From: Thecamonas trahens ATCC 50062
Lineage: Eukaryota > Protista > Apusomonadida
Assembly (NCBI RefSeq): GCF_000142905.1
Contig: NW_013657661.1
Span: forward strand, 248,001 to 312,000
DNA length: 64,000 nucleotides
Direction of reading: 5' to 3'
This document shows positions 32,649 through 42,842 of this stretch, one piece after another. Each line of letters opens with the position of its first letter. Position 1 is the first letter of the stretch. Made by a program: the position numbers and the translations under genes. Under the pieces are notes generated by a model. It was not told the DNA's origin and made no database searches. It was given only the letters and a program-made list of their open reading frames with translations.

Positions 32649-35435
32649 TCACGAAAGATGCAGCGTGCCGCCAATGTCGGCGTCAACCTTGCCGAGGCGG
32701 CTCCGCTCTTCGTCGATGACCGAATCAAAAAGATTGGTGGTGTTGTCGGCGCGGCGGACGATATCGGTGGCGGCGATGGAATGGCCGAGGGCGACTCGCT
32801 CGGCATCGTTATAGAGCTCGAGATCAAAGAGCAGGTTCTGGGTCGCCTGCGTCGTGCCGCGTCGGATGCGAATGGACCGCACCTCGACCGGCGCCATCGA
32901 GCCGGTCGTCGGATTGCGAGCCCCACTCGCAGCCTCTTGGGCAGCGTCCGAGTCGTCCAACTCGGCGCCAGCGTCGCTGTCAGGCGACGAGTCGTGCTTG
33001 GCGATTGCGCCCGGGCCGTCGTCGTCCTGCGGGATGAGCTCGCCGTTGGGGCCGTGCTTAAAGGTGTGGGAGATAATGATGTCCCTGCGGGCAGCAGCGC
33101 CTTCGTCAAGGCGCTCCAAGTACGCACGGATGTCGTTCTGCAGCGCCTGTGCGATGGGCATGGAGCCCGATGAGGTGACGGCTGACTTGAAAAGCGAGGC
33201 CCTGATGGCTTGGGCACGCTTGTTTGTGCGGTCAAGCATGGCCTGTTTGCGCCGCTTGTCGGGCTCCGCAGCGATACGAGCCTCGAGCGACTGCAGCTTG
33301 GCCAGCTCACCGTTGAGCCAGGCCCGGGTCGACTTGATTCGCTCGCTGTTGAGTGACATGGCTGCCTCGGCAGTCTCCTGCTCAGCCCGGTTACGACTAG
33401 TCATGACGCGCGACGCGAGCTGGAAGAGCTCGGGGGCATCGCGGGTGACAACTCCACCCTCGTCGTCAAAGATGAGCGGTTGAGCTTTGCCGGGCACTGT
33501 TCGCGGCACCTTTTGAGTCTTGCGAGCAAACGGCGACGAGCCGTCGAGGTAGCGAGTGACTGCTGGTGAGACCTGATAAACGTCGAGGACCTCCCGCCGA
33601 ATAGGCTCATTAGCGATCTGGTGCGAGTTCTCGACCTGAGCCCGCTCGTAGAATGGTATATTCCGCTGAGGGACCCGGAGCGAGGCGTCCGTCACATCGT
33701 GAACATCAGAAACAGGACCAGCTGCGCCAGCGGCGGTGTCATCATCGCTCTCGTCAGCAGAGTGGGTCGCCTGCTCGTGGGCCTTGGCAAGCGCTTCGGC
33801 ACGCTTGATGTCGGGGAGGACCGCCAGCTGGCAGGCAAAGTCGTAGGTCTTGCGGGTGATGCGCATCAGCTTGTCCAGCTCCGGCGGAGGAAGAGCGCCC
33901 GGTTCGAGCGGGCCCGACGCCGAGTGTGCGAGCGACGACCGCGAGCCGGCGTGGAGCGAAGCAATCGAGGGCTGGGTGAGAAACGTCTGTCGGTGCGGCG
34001 GCGGCTGGACGGTAGGGCCAATCCCCTTGCGGGTCCGGCGCGAGAGGCCGAGCTTGGACTCTTCGAGTCGGAACATGGCCTTGGTGTTGAAGACTTTGAG
34101 CAGCGGCCGGTTGTCGCTTGACTCCAAGGCAAACGAAGCAAAGTTAGCCGATGGGAAAAGTGTCGTCTGCATGTGCTCGATAAGCGACTGCGAGACCTCA
34201 AACCCGTTGAGCAGCGAGCAGACGAGGCGGTAGACGGCGTTGCGAAACTGAGGGCCAAAGACTGCTGCTGCCTTGGGCTGCAGTGGGAACGAGGCACCAA
34301 AGAGGAGGTAGACGGTTTCTGCAAGCGCATAGCCGACGTAGAGGAGAAAGACGTTGCGGTAGACGCCAAAGAACGAGGCTTGGACAAGCTCGATGAACTT
34401 GGAGCAGATGGCATGGGTGAGAACGCGTGCCTTCTTGGTCTCCTTGGCCTCGGCCTCAGGCTGCCTGCGGCCCTCAAAGTAGATGACAAAAACGTACCAG
34501 AAGAGCCAGGCAACGAGCTCTTGAGAGGCAAAGCCAAGAAAGGTCTCGCCAAACGTGGCCGGTGAGTGCTGCTTGGGAATGCGGATAGTGGAGACGACGA
34601 GAGCAACGCCGGCCTCGACGTCCGGCTCAAACGGAGGGTTTCGGAGCGAGTAGACGGTGGTCTGAACTCTGCGGTTGGGGATCGACGCCGCGCTGTTGAC
34701 CTCGGTCTGGCCAGAGACGAAAGACTGCACCTTGCGAAGCGCTGGCCGCTGCCGGCGCGACGCAATGATCTTGGACGGCGTGCGGACAAACGTGAAGTGC
34801 GGGTTGCCTGCTCTGTTTGCCTGCGAGTGGCCGAGCTTGCGAGACGACGCCTGCCTCCTCAACTTGGAACCAACACCTAACTGCGGTGGGTTTGCACCGC
34901 GGCGCGAGGGGACAGCGCCCTTGATTGGCGACGAGGCCTGGAAGGCGCGGCCGACGGTGGTAGAGCGCCAGGCAGTAGTCGAGCCGACGGCCGAGACCAG
35001 CGAGTGTGACGAGATAATCGAGTCGATGAGATCTTCTTCCGAGTCGGAGCCCGAGGCTGTGAACGATAGCGAGCACGACGACGAGCCGAGCATGCCGGAC
35101 GAGCCCGAGCCAGACGACAACTCGTCGTCGTCACAGCGGCGACGGCGGGAGCGCGTGGCGGTGATCGAGTCGTCATAGTCGTTGGCAATGAGCTGTGAGG
35201 TCGAGCGGATCCACTCTAGCACGTCCGGTGCCTCCTCGGCCGCCGCCTCCATGGCGTACGACGAGTGCACCGAGGCAAAGTAGCCCGGAAGAGCGTCCAG
35301 ATCGGCGAGGGGGCTCGGCCTGGTCCGGGCCGCCGTCGCACCCAACGGATCCATGGAGCCGACCGCCAGCCCACCTGCTCGTCCTCTGCGCCCGCCCCGC
35401 CGCCCACGCGGTTTGACCATACTCGAGGAGAACAT
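32649..35435 (-). CDS. FAM227: FAM227 / FWWh-domain protein
   Basis: 928-aa ORF. ASQELVAWLFWYVFVIYF...ALAETVYLLFGASFP...FGPQFRNAVYRLVCSLLNG resembles the FWWh domain. Confidence 0.65.
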   Translation of the reverse strand: MFSSSMVKPRGRRGGRRGRAGGLAVGSMDPLGATAARTRPSPLADLDALPGYFASVHSSYAMEAAAEEAPDVLEWIRSTSQLIANDYDDSITATRSRRRRCDDDELSSGSGSSGMLGSSSCSLSFTASGSDSEEDLIDSIISSHSLVSAVGSTTAWRSTTVGRAFQASSPIKGAVPSRRGANPPQLGVGSKLRRQASSRKLGHSQANRAGNPHFTFVRTPSKIIASRRQRPALRKVQSFVSGQTEVNSAASIPNRRVQTTVYSLRNPPFEPDVEAGVALVVSTIRIPKQHSPATFGETFLGFASQELVAWLFWYVFVIYFEGRRQPEAEAKETKKARVLTHAICSKFIELVQASFFGVYRNVFLLYVGYALAETVYLLFGASFPLQPKAAAVFGPQFRNAVYRLVCSLLNGFEVSQSLIEHMQTTLFPSANFASFALESSDNRPLLKVFNTKAMFRLEESKLGLSRRTRKGIGPTVQPPPHRQTFLTQPSIASLHAGSRSSLAHSASGPLEPGALPPPELDKLMRITRKTYDFACQLAVLPDIKRAEALAKAHEQATHSADESDDDTAAGAAGPVSDVHDVTDASLRVPQRNIPFYERAQVENSHQIANEPIRREVLDVYQVSPAVTRYLDGSSPFARKTQKVPRTVPGKAQPLIFDDEGGVVTRDAPELFQLASRVMTSRNRAEQETAEAAMSLNSERIKSTRAWLNGELAKLQSLEARIAAEPDKRRKQAMLDRTNKRAQAIRASLFKSAVTSSGSMPIAQALQNDIRAYLERLDEGAAARRDIIISHTFKHGPNGELIPQDDDGPGAIAKHDSSPDSDAGAELDDSDAAQEAASGARNPTTGSMAPVEVRSIRIRRGTTQATQNLLFDLELYNDAERVALGHSIAATDIVRRADNTTNLFDSVIDEERSRLGKVDADIGGTLHLS

Positions 35436-35709
35436 GGGAGGGAGGGAGTGGGAAGGAGTGGGGAGGAGGGAGGGGGGTGAGGGTGAGGGTGAGGTGGGCG
35501 TGGGGTGGGAGGGGGAGGGGGAAGGGGAGGGGGGTGACGCCTGGCGTTCAGAGGGAGAAGCTGGTGGAGGGGATTCGGATGGGGAAGGACGAGGTGAGGG
35601 TAAGGTGGCAGCGATGGAGGGGGGGGGGGTCAGTTGGTGCTAGGTGTGTGTGCGATGGTGGGGGGGGTGGGATCGGAATCGGGGTGGTGGTGGATCGAGA
35701 AGGGAGAGG

Positions 35710-35816
35710 GCAGGGGGAAACAGGGGCAGGGAAGGGGGGACGGGGCCGGGGCCGGGGACGGGGACACGGGCGGGGACGGGGACAGGGACCGGGACGGGGA
35801 CAGGGACAGGGACAGG
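35710..35816. repeat. (GGGACR/GGGGCC)n G-rich hexamer repeat
   Basis: Imperfect gggacggggacagggacc array upstream of Mic10, with G-quadruplex-like G tracts. Confidence 0.8.
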
Positions 35817-35856
35817 GATTGGAACAAGACTTGTCTGGACGAGTAGAGAGTAGAGT

Positions 35857-36258
35857 ATGGCGAGCAGTGGACGGCATGGGCAGTCTGAGCTCCTTGTGTC
35901 TGGCATCTTTGACCAGTGCTATGCCAAGGCCATGACCTATGGCGCGGGTGGTGGCCTGGCTGGCCTCACCTCTGCCGTCCTCTTCATCAAGAGTACGCAC
36001 ATGGGATGGGTGGAAGGGAGGAGAGAAGGGGGGGGGGAGGGGGGGGGGGAGGGGAGGGAGGGAGAGAGAGAAGGGGGTCATACAGCTTCTGATAGTCTCA
36101 CACTCTCCGTTCTGTGGTCAGACTCGAATGCTGTCCGCATGGCGGTGGTGGGCATGGGCGTCGGCGTCGGCCTCGGCATTGCCGTCGCCCAGTGCTCCCA
36201 GGCCCTCAAGACGCCTGTCATTACAGAGAAGGTCGCCCACGGGACAGCAAACGAGTAG
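35857..36258 (+). CDS. MICOS10: MICOS subunit Mic10; exons 35857-35992 and 36122-36258
   Basis: SELLVSGIFDQC...GAGGGLAG..AVLFIK and GMGVGVGLGIAVAQC give two Gly-rich TMs, as in Mic10. In-frame GTACGC...CAG intron 35993-36121. Confidence 0.85.
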   Translation: MASSGRHGQSELLVSGIFDQCYAKAMTYGAGGGLAGLTSAVLFIKSTHMGWVEGRREGGGEGGGEGREGEREGGHTASDSLTLSVLWSDSNAVRMAVVGMGVGVGLGIAVAQCSQALKTPVITEKVAHGTANE

Positions 36259-36353
36259 GAGTAAACATGATGGTTAGCTGGTGCCTTTCGTGTTGTGTCC
36301 TTTGGGGAAGGGCGCGGGGGGAGAGGGGGGCAACGAGGCGCGGCTGCCGTCCG

Positions 36354-39300
36354 CTACTTGCGCGGCGGCTGATAGGCGGCGGGGAGCATGCGCTTCTGGA
36401 GGGCGTTAAAGGCGTAGCCGGTCTTGCCTGTGTTGAGCTTGACGTTGTCCTTGCGGACGCCAAAGGCGCGCATGGTGTCGGCAACGTCGACAACGTCCTC
36501 GCTGACCCCGTGATGGCGGGCAAGGAGAAAGGCATGCTCGAGGGTGACCGACATGGCTGTGCGGTCTTTGGCCGACTTACAGCACGTCGCGCGCCCTCCT
36601 CCGACCGCCCGGGTCAGTGCCGACGCGATCTGCAGCAGCTCGGTGTTCTTCGAGCCGCGCGCCGTCGCGCTGAGGCTGCGCTCCAGCTCGGCGACCAGCT
36701 CGGCCACGGCCGCGCCGCGGTCGAGCCGTGCCGTGTACGCCCGCAGCGCCTCGAGCGCTTCCTCGTTGATGAGGCCCTGGAGCTCGGCAGAGCCCAGTAG
36801 GAAACGGAGGCTCGAATGGGCCTCGCCAAAGTTGGCCAGTGACTGCTGCTCGTTGATGCCCTGCGAGACCAGGAGCGGCACGACGCCAAACTCGACAAAC
36901 TCGCGCCACCGGCCACCGAGCGTGTCCAGCGTTGCCTGCTTCGCCACCGCTAGCGAGAGCGAGAGCACGTATCCGCCCGCAGGCCGCCGCCCAAGCTCCA
37001 CAACGTCGAACGACGCCGCAGACGCAGAGCCGACAAGCGCCACAGGGAAGAAACGCAACCGCACGTCGACCTTGGTCAGCGACCGCATGCCCACGTCCAT
37101 GTCGCCGAGCATGCCCAGCTCGCGCCCGCGGGTTGAAAGCAGCGACTCGATCTGGAACAGATACCCGCATGTCGCCCATGAATTGAGCCGCGCCACGTCG
37201 CCGCGGTCGGCTGCGGTGCGCGCCTCGGTCGCTAGCGACGTTGTCAGCATTGAGAGCACATGGCAGAGCACGACCTCGACCCGGATCGAGATCTCCCACG
37301 CCACCGCATCAACCCGTGCCTGTCGTGCCTGCCGCGCCTCCTCCCGCGCTGCTGCCACGACCTCGTCATCGCCACCACTTCCGTCGTCGTCGCCTGTTGC
37401 TGAGGCGAGCCCTGCGCGCTCCAGCGCAACAAGCTCTTCGTGGAGCTGGCGGAGGCCGCCGTTCTTGAACCCATACACGTGGGCCGCCGGCGCGCCCGAC
37501 GTCACGGTCACGTACTCGGTCTCGGCCTCGACTTCTAACCCGCGACCACGGACTCGCAGCCGTTGGATGTATAGATTTGTCGCCACAAATCGCGCCGCAT
37601 CGTCAGCCTTGCGAGCTGATGCTTTGAACTGCGAGCCGTGGACCGACGACGCGAGGCAGACTGCGAGGCCTGTCGCAAGCACTCCAGCCAAGTAGTGGCG
37701 CAGCTTGTTGATCTTGTCCACAAGGAGCTCCTCGCCTGGCGTCGGTCTTCCGGTCTCGACCACTCCCATGTACGTTCCGGCAAATTGCGTCGTGGCTTCT
37801 GCGAGCTGGGCCATTCGCTCCTGAGTGTACATCAGCAGCAGCTTGCGTGGGACGTCAAATGTAAACGGCGACGGCGAGAGTGTCTCTGTTGCCAACACCA
37901 TACTGCTCTCGCCCGCGCGCAGCGCGTATCGCCGCTCGGCCAGCGCCCGATGCCGCGCCACGGCCACGTCCTCTACGCTCACCGCCAAATGACCAGCTGG
38001 GCTTCCGGTCGCCGGGACTCGAATCGGCCGACCAACGCTGCCGCCCGGCTCGAGCTCGAGCGCAGACATGGCAAAGGACGCGCGCCCGACGCAATTTTCC
38101 GACACTTCTTGGTTATGCCGCGCGCCAGCGCTACTCTCCGCCGAAGACCCGCGCCGCTTTGAACCAAGGCGAGAGAGGAACGAACCCGAGCGCGCGCGCC
38201 CGGGAGGCCCCGCGGTCTCGGCATTGGCCGCTTCGCGGTCGCGCGAGGTGACAAGCGTCAGGTTCTTGGCTGTTGTGCTCGGCGAGCCGGCGCAGAGCTC
38301 AAAATGGACCCGCGACCGCGACCGCCGCTCGGCGCCGGCACAGAGCGGAACCGGTACCATGATGAGAAACCGGGCACTTCGTTCGGCGCCCACAATCTGC
38401 ATCTCCGTGTGGCCCACGAGCTTGTACTCGGCAGTCGCAACCTCGGACGAGAGCACACGCTTCCGCAGTTCGACCGGCTCGCTGCCTTGGCCACGGCCTC
38501 GAGCAAGGAGCGCGCACGAGTCTGACCCGCTTCGTGCCCTCGCTCCGCCGCTGATCTCCAAGCCTGACTCGGTCGCTGCAGGGTTTGCCGAGCCGGAATC
38601 GGTCCCAATCTCGCGCGCTTCCGGCGCGGCGGCCATCAGACACTTGACATTGACAAACACGCCCGAGCCTACCAGTGCCTCGTCAACATCGTCAGCCGCC
38701 ACTGAGACCCAGACCAGCTGCTCGTAGTCGTTTTCGCTTCCGCTTGGCTCTGACGACGTGTCCGAGTCAGAGCCCGAGTCTGAGCCCGAGTTGGGCCCCG
38801 AACTTGGACCTGAGTCGGAGGCGCTGTCGCTGCCGTCGTCCTGAGCCTCCGCGGGCTCGGCGCCAAACAGCAGTTCAGCCGCCTCCATAGTAAGAACGGC
38901 ATCGAGTGCGTCCGAGGTGGCAGCCACCGATGCAGCCACCGGATCCGCGCCTCCCGGCCCCGCCTCGCGGCCGTAGCAGCGGCAGCACCCGTCTTCGGTG
39001 ACGGCGATGCCAAAAAGTGACATTTGCTCGTGACAAACACAGGTACAGGTCACGCGGGTAAGGTCGAGCGAGCTGGGCCGGCTGCTGTCGCCCGCGGCAG
39101 CATCACTGTCGGTATCCGTCGGCGTCGGCGTCAGCGTCGGCGTCGGCGGCAGAGGGCGCTTGGGACGGGCGGGCGACTTTGCGGCCGCAACTGCAGCAGA
39201 AGCAGCGGCAGCAGCTGAGACCGAGCGCGAGGCTTGCGAGAGCGGAACCATCGAGGCGCGACGCTTGGAGACGGCCAGCTGGCCTAAATGATCGGCAAAC

Positions 39301-39746
39301 TCGGCCTGGAACTTGAGCGTCTCCTGTAGCCAGCAGACTTTGCAGACGGCATCGTCCGCACCGGACTTTGCCGGATCAGCAGCGGTGGCGTCTGCTTGTT
39401 GCAGAGCGGGGGCAGGAGCAATGGGCGGCGGCGGCGCGTGGAGCGGCGAAAAGGCGACAGGTGGCGGGCGAGGGAAGCGAAGGCATGGCGCGCAAAAGCC
39501 GAGACCACAAGCGGCACAGACGCACCGCCTCCTCTTGCGCTTCTTGGCAAAGGCCACACCGCACAGTGCGCATGCGTCCTCTCCTACCAAACTCTCCTCC
39601 AGCGGGTTCCCGCCCTCGCCACTTCCAGCCGAGCCACTCGCCGTCGCCGTCGCCGCCGCGGCCGCCGTCGCCGCCGCTGACCCGTGGCGCTCTCTCCCCG
39701 ACATGCGCCGCGAGATGCGTCGTAGCAGACCCGGACGTTGGGCCAT
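36354..39746 (-). CDS. INPP4: Inositol polyphosphate 4-phosphatase with N-terminal FYVE-like zinc finger
   Basis: Catalytic CKSAKDRTAMSVTLE, FVATNLYIQRL, GAPAAH, ESLLST, QGINEQQS, YAFNALQ. N-terminal CALC...CAACGLGFCAPC...VCKVC. Confidence 0.93.
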   Translation of the reverse strand: MAQRPGLLRRISRRMSGRERHGSAAATAAAAATATASGSAGSGEGGNPLEESLVGEDACALCGVAFAKKRKRRRCVCAACGLGFCAPCLRFPRPPPVAFSPLHAPPPPIAPAPALQQADATAADPAKSGADDAVCKVCWLQETLKFQAEFADHLGQLAVSKRRASMVPLSQASRSVSAAAAASAAVAAAKSPARPKRPLPPTPTLTPTPTDTDSDAAAGDSSRPSSLDLTRVTCTCVCHEQMSLFGIAVTEDGCCRCYGREAGPGGADPVAASVAATSDALDAVLTMEAAELLFGAEPAEAQDDGSDSASDSGPSSGPNSGSDSGSDSDTSSEPSGSENDYEQLVWVSVAADDVDEALVGSGVFVNVKCLMAAAPEAREIGTDSGSANPAATESGLEISGGARARSGSDSCALLARGRGQGSEPVELRKRVLSSEVATAEYKLVGHTEMQIVGAERSARFLIMVPVPLCAGAERRSRSRVHFELCAGSPSTTAKNLTLVTSRDREAANAETAGPPGRARSGSFLSRLGSKRRGSSAESSAGARHNQEVSENCVGRASFAMSALELEPGGSVGRPIRVPATGSPAGHLAVSVEDVAVARHRALAERRYALRAGESSMVLATETLSPSPFTFDVPRKLLLMYTQERMAQLAEATTQFAGTYMGVVETGRPTPGEELLVDKINKLRHYLAGVLATGLAVCLASSVHGSQFKASARKADDAARFVATNLYIQRLRVRGRGLEVEAETEYVTVTSGAPAAHVYGFKNGGLRQLHEELVALERAGLASATGDDDGSGGDDEVVAAAREEARQARQARVDAVAWEISIRVEVVLCHVLSMLTTSLATEARTAADRGDVARLNSWATCGYLFQIESLLSTRGRELGMLGDMDVGMRSLTKVDVRLRFFPVALVGSASAASFDVVELGRRPAGGYVLSLSLAVAKQATLDTLGGRWREFVEFGVVPLLVSQGINEQQSLANFGEAHSSLRFLLGSAELQGLINEEALEALRAYTARLDRGAAVAELVAELERSLSATARGSKNTELLQIASALTRAVGGGRATCCKSAKDRTAMSVTLEHAFLLARHHGVSEDVVDVADTMRAFGVRKDNVKLNTGKTGYAFNALQKRMLPAAYQPPRK

Positions 39747-39819
39747 GGCTTTCCCCCCTGGTGCGTGACGTGAGAACAGTGTGGGAGAAGGGGGGAGGGA
39801 GTGAGAGGAGTATGGCTAC

Positions 39820-39884
<65 letters not shown>

Positions 39885-40520
39885 ACTCGGTGGCTGCGTG
39901 AGGAAGCGGCTGGCCGTCGCCGTCGCCGTGGTGGTCCTCGCCATGGCCAGGGAGTCAATGACAGGATTTGCTTGGCCATTGGCTGGCTGACTCTCTCGTT
40001 GCGTTGCAAGTTGGGTTGGGGAAATCGTTGCTACCGGCCTTTGCTGAGGCAGCGTACGGCTGCAGGCCGATCGGGCTTGGGGTTGATCAACTGCAGCGAC
40101 TACCCTGCCTTTATGACGCCATTGAGGTGTGAGTCCCGGGCGTGGGGTGCTGCTGGCTCATCACGGCCGATCCAGCCCGATGTTACAGCTTGAGGCTGTC
40201 CTCATGGCTTGTGGTATTAGCCAATCGCGCCCTGTGGAAGCCCATCATGACTTGTGAATGCCTTTGCAACTACCAGTACTACCCAGCTACAAAGTGTGGT
40301 TGCTCTCTTGACGCTATTGTTCTGATGCTAGTCCGGAGTGCAGCCGATCGCGGCCTGTGGTCGCCAGCCCGGGCACGACAAGGCCGCCGCCATGGCACCG
40401 GCACGGCCAAGTCCAAGTCGCGCACGCGAGAGAGAGGGTCACCCCCCCCCCCCCCCCACACACACACACACACAACACACACACACACACGCATACCTCG
40501 CTCCCTCGCCTCACGCATAA
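39747..40520. promoter_or_regulatory. Putative bidirectional promoter between INPP4 and myotubularin
   Basis: Divergent starts 774 bp apart. Oppositely oriented CCAAT boxes (ATTGG 39978-39982; CCAAT 40221-40225) and a (CA)n tract at ~40457-40490. Confidence 0.45.
39820..39884. repeat. (GTGGTC)n hexamer microsatellite
   Basis: About 10 perfect copies just upstream of the INPP4 start. Confidence 0.95.
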
Positions 40521-42815
40521 ATGGACCTGCCGTGCTCGCCCGAGCTGGCCGTCGGCACGGCAGCCATGGTCCTCCACGAGACGCCGGGCTACCTTGCCTG
40601 GGGCGGGGCCTTTGCCCCGGGCGTCGTCACTGTCACTGCTGTTGCCCTCCACTTTGCCCCAGACTGTGGCGGCCGCCCGCTACGCTGCCCGCTGCTGGCA
40701 GTGGCCAAGGCCTCGCTCGGATCGTGCTTGGAGCTCAGACTCCGCGGTGCTGCAGGACGCATCGTTCTCGCCTTTGACGCCCCTCAGTCCGGCCGCGCTC
40801 TCCTCGCCACCCTGGCCGGATACTGGACGGCGGCCAAGGCGGCCGGTCGTGATCTCGCATCGCAAGCGGCCATCGCCTGCGCCTACGCCCGCGTCGCTTC
40901 TCTGCCACCTGGCGCGGACAGCGGGCTTGGCGTGTTCTCGGTCGTCGACGAGTTTGACGGTCGGATGCAGGCGACCGACGCCGGCTTCCGCGCCTCGTTT
41001 GTCAACAGCGAGTACGCCCTCTCCGACTCGTATCCGAGCGTACTGTACGTGCCGGCGGGCGTTGCGGATGACATCCTGCGCGCTGCAGCGTCGTTCCGGG
41101 CCAAAGAGCGCATCCCGGTGCTCTGCTGGACGCTCCCGGGCTCGCCGGCGGCGCTGTTTCGGTCGGCCCAGCCGGCCACCGGCCTCATCGGCCACCGGTG
41201 CGACGCCGACGAGCGGCTGGTGGCGGCAATGGCGGCGCTCAACCCGGGCGCCCCGTTTGTCATCATCGACGCGCGGCCGTACGTCAATGCCGCCCTCAAC
41301 TCGGCCAAGGGCTACGGGACCGAGCGCATCGGCAACTACCCCAACGTGACCCTTGAATTTATGGGCATTGGCAACATCCACGTCATGCGCGACTCGCTGC
41401 ACAAGCTTGCAGCGGCAGTCAACTCGCCCAAAGCGCGCGCGCGCCCGTCAGAGTGGCTCTCCCGCGTTGCAGACTCGGGCTGGCTCGACCACGTCGCCAA
41501 GGTTCTCGCTGGTGCCAACCGAATCGCCCACATCCTCACCGCCGAGGCCGGCTCGGTCCTTGTCCACTGCTCACACGGCTGGGACCGGACGCCGCAGCTG
41601 ACCAGCCTCGCGCAAGTCCTCGTCGACCCGTACTACCGCACCCTCGACGGTCTCGTCACCCTTGTCCAGAAGGAGTGGCTCAGTTTTGGCCACAAGTTTG
41701 CCGATCGCACCTCCCAGTTTGCGGACGTCCGAGTTTCATCACGTAGCTCCAAGGGCGGCGGGAGCGCGACGCCCGACCCGTCCGTGCCCGGTGTCGGCTT
41801 TGACGCGGGGTCTGGACCAGGCGCCGCCGGAAGCGACGGGCCATCGTCGTCGTCGTCAGTCTTGCGCGGCATGCGCTCGCTCGGCAAGTCTCTCTCACGC
41901 AACCTCGGCCGGCTCTCCGGCTCGTCGAACGAAGCATCGCCCGTGTCCAGGTCCAAGGGTGTGGGGCCGACCTCAGAAGAGTCGCCCATTTTTCTGCAGT
42001 TTCTGGACGCGCTCTATCAGCTGCTGCACCAGTTCCCGTGGGCCTTTGAGTACAACGAGGACGCGCTCATTGCGCTCGCCGATGCGGCGTACTCGGACTT
42101 GTTTGGTACGTTCCTGCTCAACTTTGAGGCTGAGCGGGTCCAGGCCGATCTCAACTCGTCGACGCTCTCGGTGTGGCCCTGCCTCCTCGCTGCCCGCGAT
42201 CAGTTCATTAACCCGCGGTTCGACGCCTGCGACGAGGTCCTCACAGCCGCCACGACTGGCCATCACGTCTCAGTCTGGACAGGCTACTACGGTCGGTATG
42301 TCTCGTTTGGTCATCCCGCACCAGCCAGGTGCCAGTGCCTGGTACCAAAAGCCGAGCGATCGCTCTCGGTCATCCCGCCGTCGCTGCTTGACGAACTAAG
42401 TGACGATGGCGACGATCACTACCTGTCGGCCGGATCCGGCGAGGACGTGAGCGCCGGAGAGGCCGAGGGCAGCACGTCTGTGCACCCTGGCGAAGCCGCC
42501 AACCACGTCTCGGAGGATGAGGCCTCGCTCTCCTGGGACGAGTCGTGGGAGGCGGTCGAGAGCGAGCAAGACGTGGCCGAGACCGGCGACGGCAGCGAGT
42601 CTGCTCTGGCCGCGCCCGCCGTCCGATGGGTGCCAGACTCGGAGGCGTTCCAGTGCGCCCAGTGCCAGTCCAAGTTCTCGATCTCGGTGAGGCGGCACCA
42701 TTGCCGACTGTGCGGCAAGGTGTTTTGCAACAAGTGCACCAAGGCGCGAATCGTGCTGTTTGACGACGGCAAGAAGCACCGCGTATGCGACACGTGCGCA
42801 AAGGCGCGACACTAG
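40521..42815 (+). CDS. MTMR: Myotubularin-related phosphoinositide 3-phosphatase with C-terminal FYVE domain
   Basis: SDSYPSVLYVP, FRAKERIPVL, RSAQP, DARP..NA, IGNIHVMRDSL, VLVHCSHGWDRT, KEWLSFGHKF, SPIFLQFLD. FYVE: WVPD...RRHHCRLCGKVFC...RVCDTC. Confidence 0.96.
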   Translation: MDLPCSPELAVGTAAMVLHETPGYLAWGGAFAPGVVTVTAVALHFAPDCGGRPLRCPLLAVAKASLGSCLELRLRGAAGRIVLAFDAPQSGRALLATLAGYWTAAKAAGRDLASQAAIACAYARVASLPPGADSGLGVFSVVDEFDGRMQATDAGFRASFVNSEYALSDSYPSVLYVPAGVADDILRAAASFRAKERIPVLCWTLPGSPAALFRSAQPATGLIGHRCDADERLVAAMAALNPGAPFVIIDARPYVNAALNSAKGYGTERIGNYPNVTLEFMGIGNIHVMRDSLHKLAAAVNSPKARARPSEWLSRVADSGWLDHVAKVLAGANRIAHILTAEAGSVLVHCSHGWDRTPQLTSLAQVLVDPYYRTLDGLVTLVQKEWLSFGHKFADRTSQFADVRVSSRSSKGGGSATPDPSVPGVGFDAGSGPGAAGSDGPSSSSSVLRGMRSLGKSLSRNLGRLSGSSNEASPVSRSKGVGPTSEESPIFLQFLDALYQLLHQFPWAFEYNEDALIALADAAYSDLFGTFLLNFEAERVQADLNSSTLSVWPCLLAARDQFINPRFDACDEVLTAATTGHHVSVWTGYYGRYVSFGHPAPARCQCLVPKAERSLSVIPPSLLDELSDDGDDHYLSAGSGEDVSAGEAEGSTSVHPGEAANHVSEDEASLSWDESWEAVESEQDVAETGDGSESALAAPAVRWVPDSEAFQCAQCQSKFSISVRRHHCRLCGKVFCNKCTKARIVLFDDGKKHRVCDTCAKARH

Positions 42816-42842
42816 CCGCTAGCCGACCGGTGGCCCGAGGTT

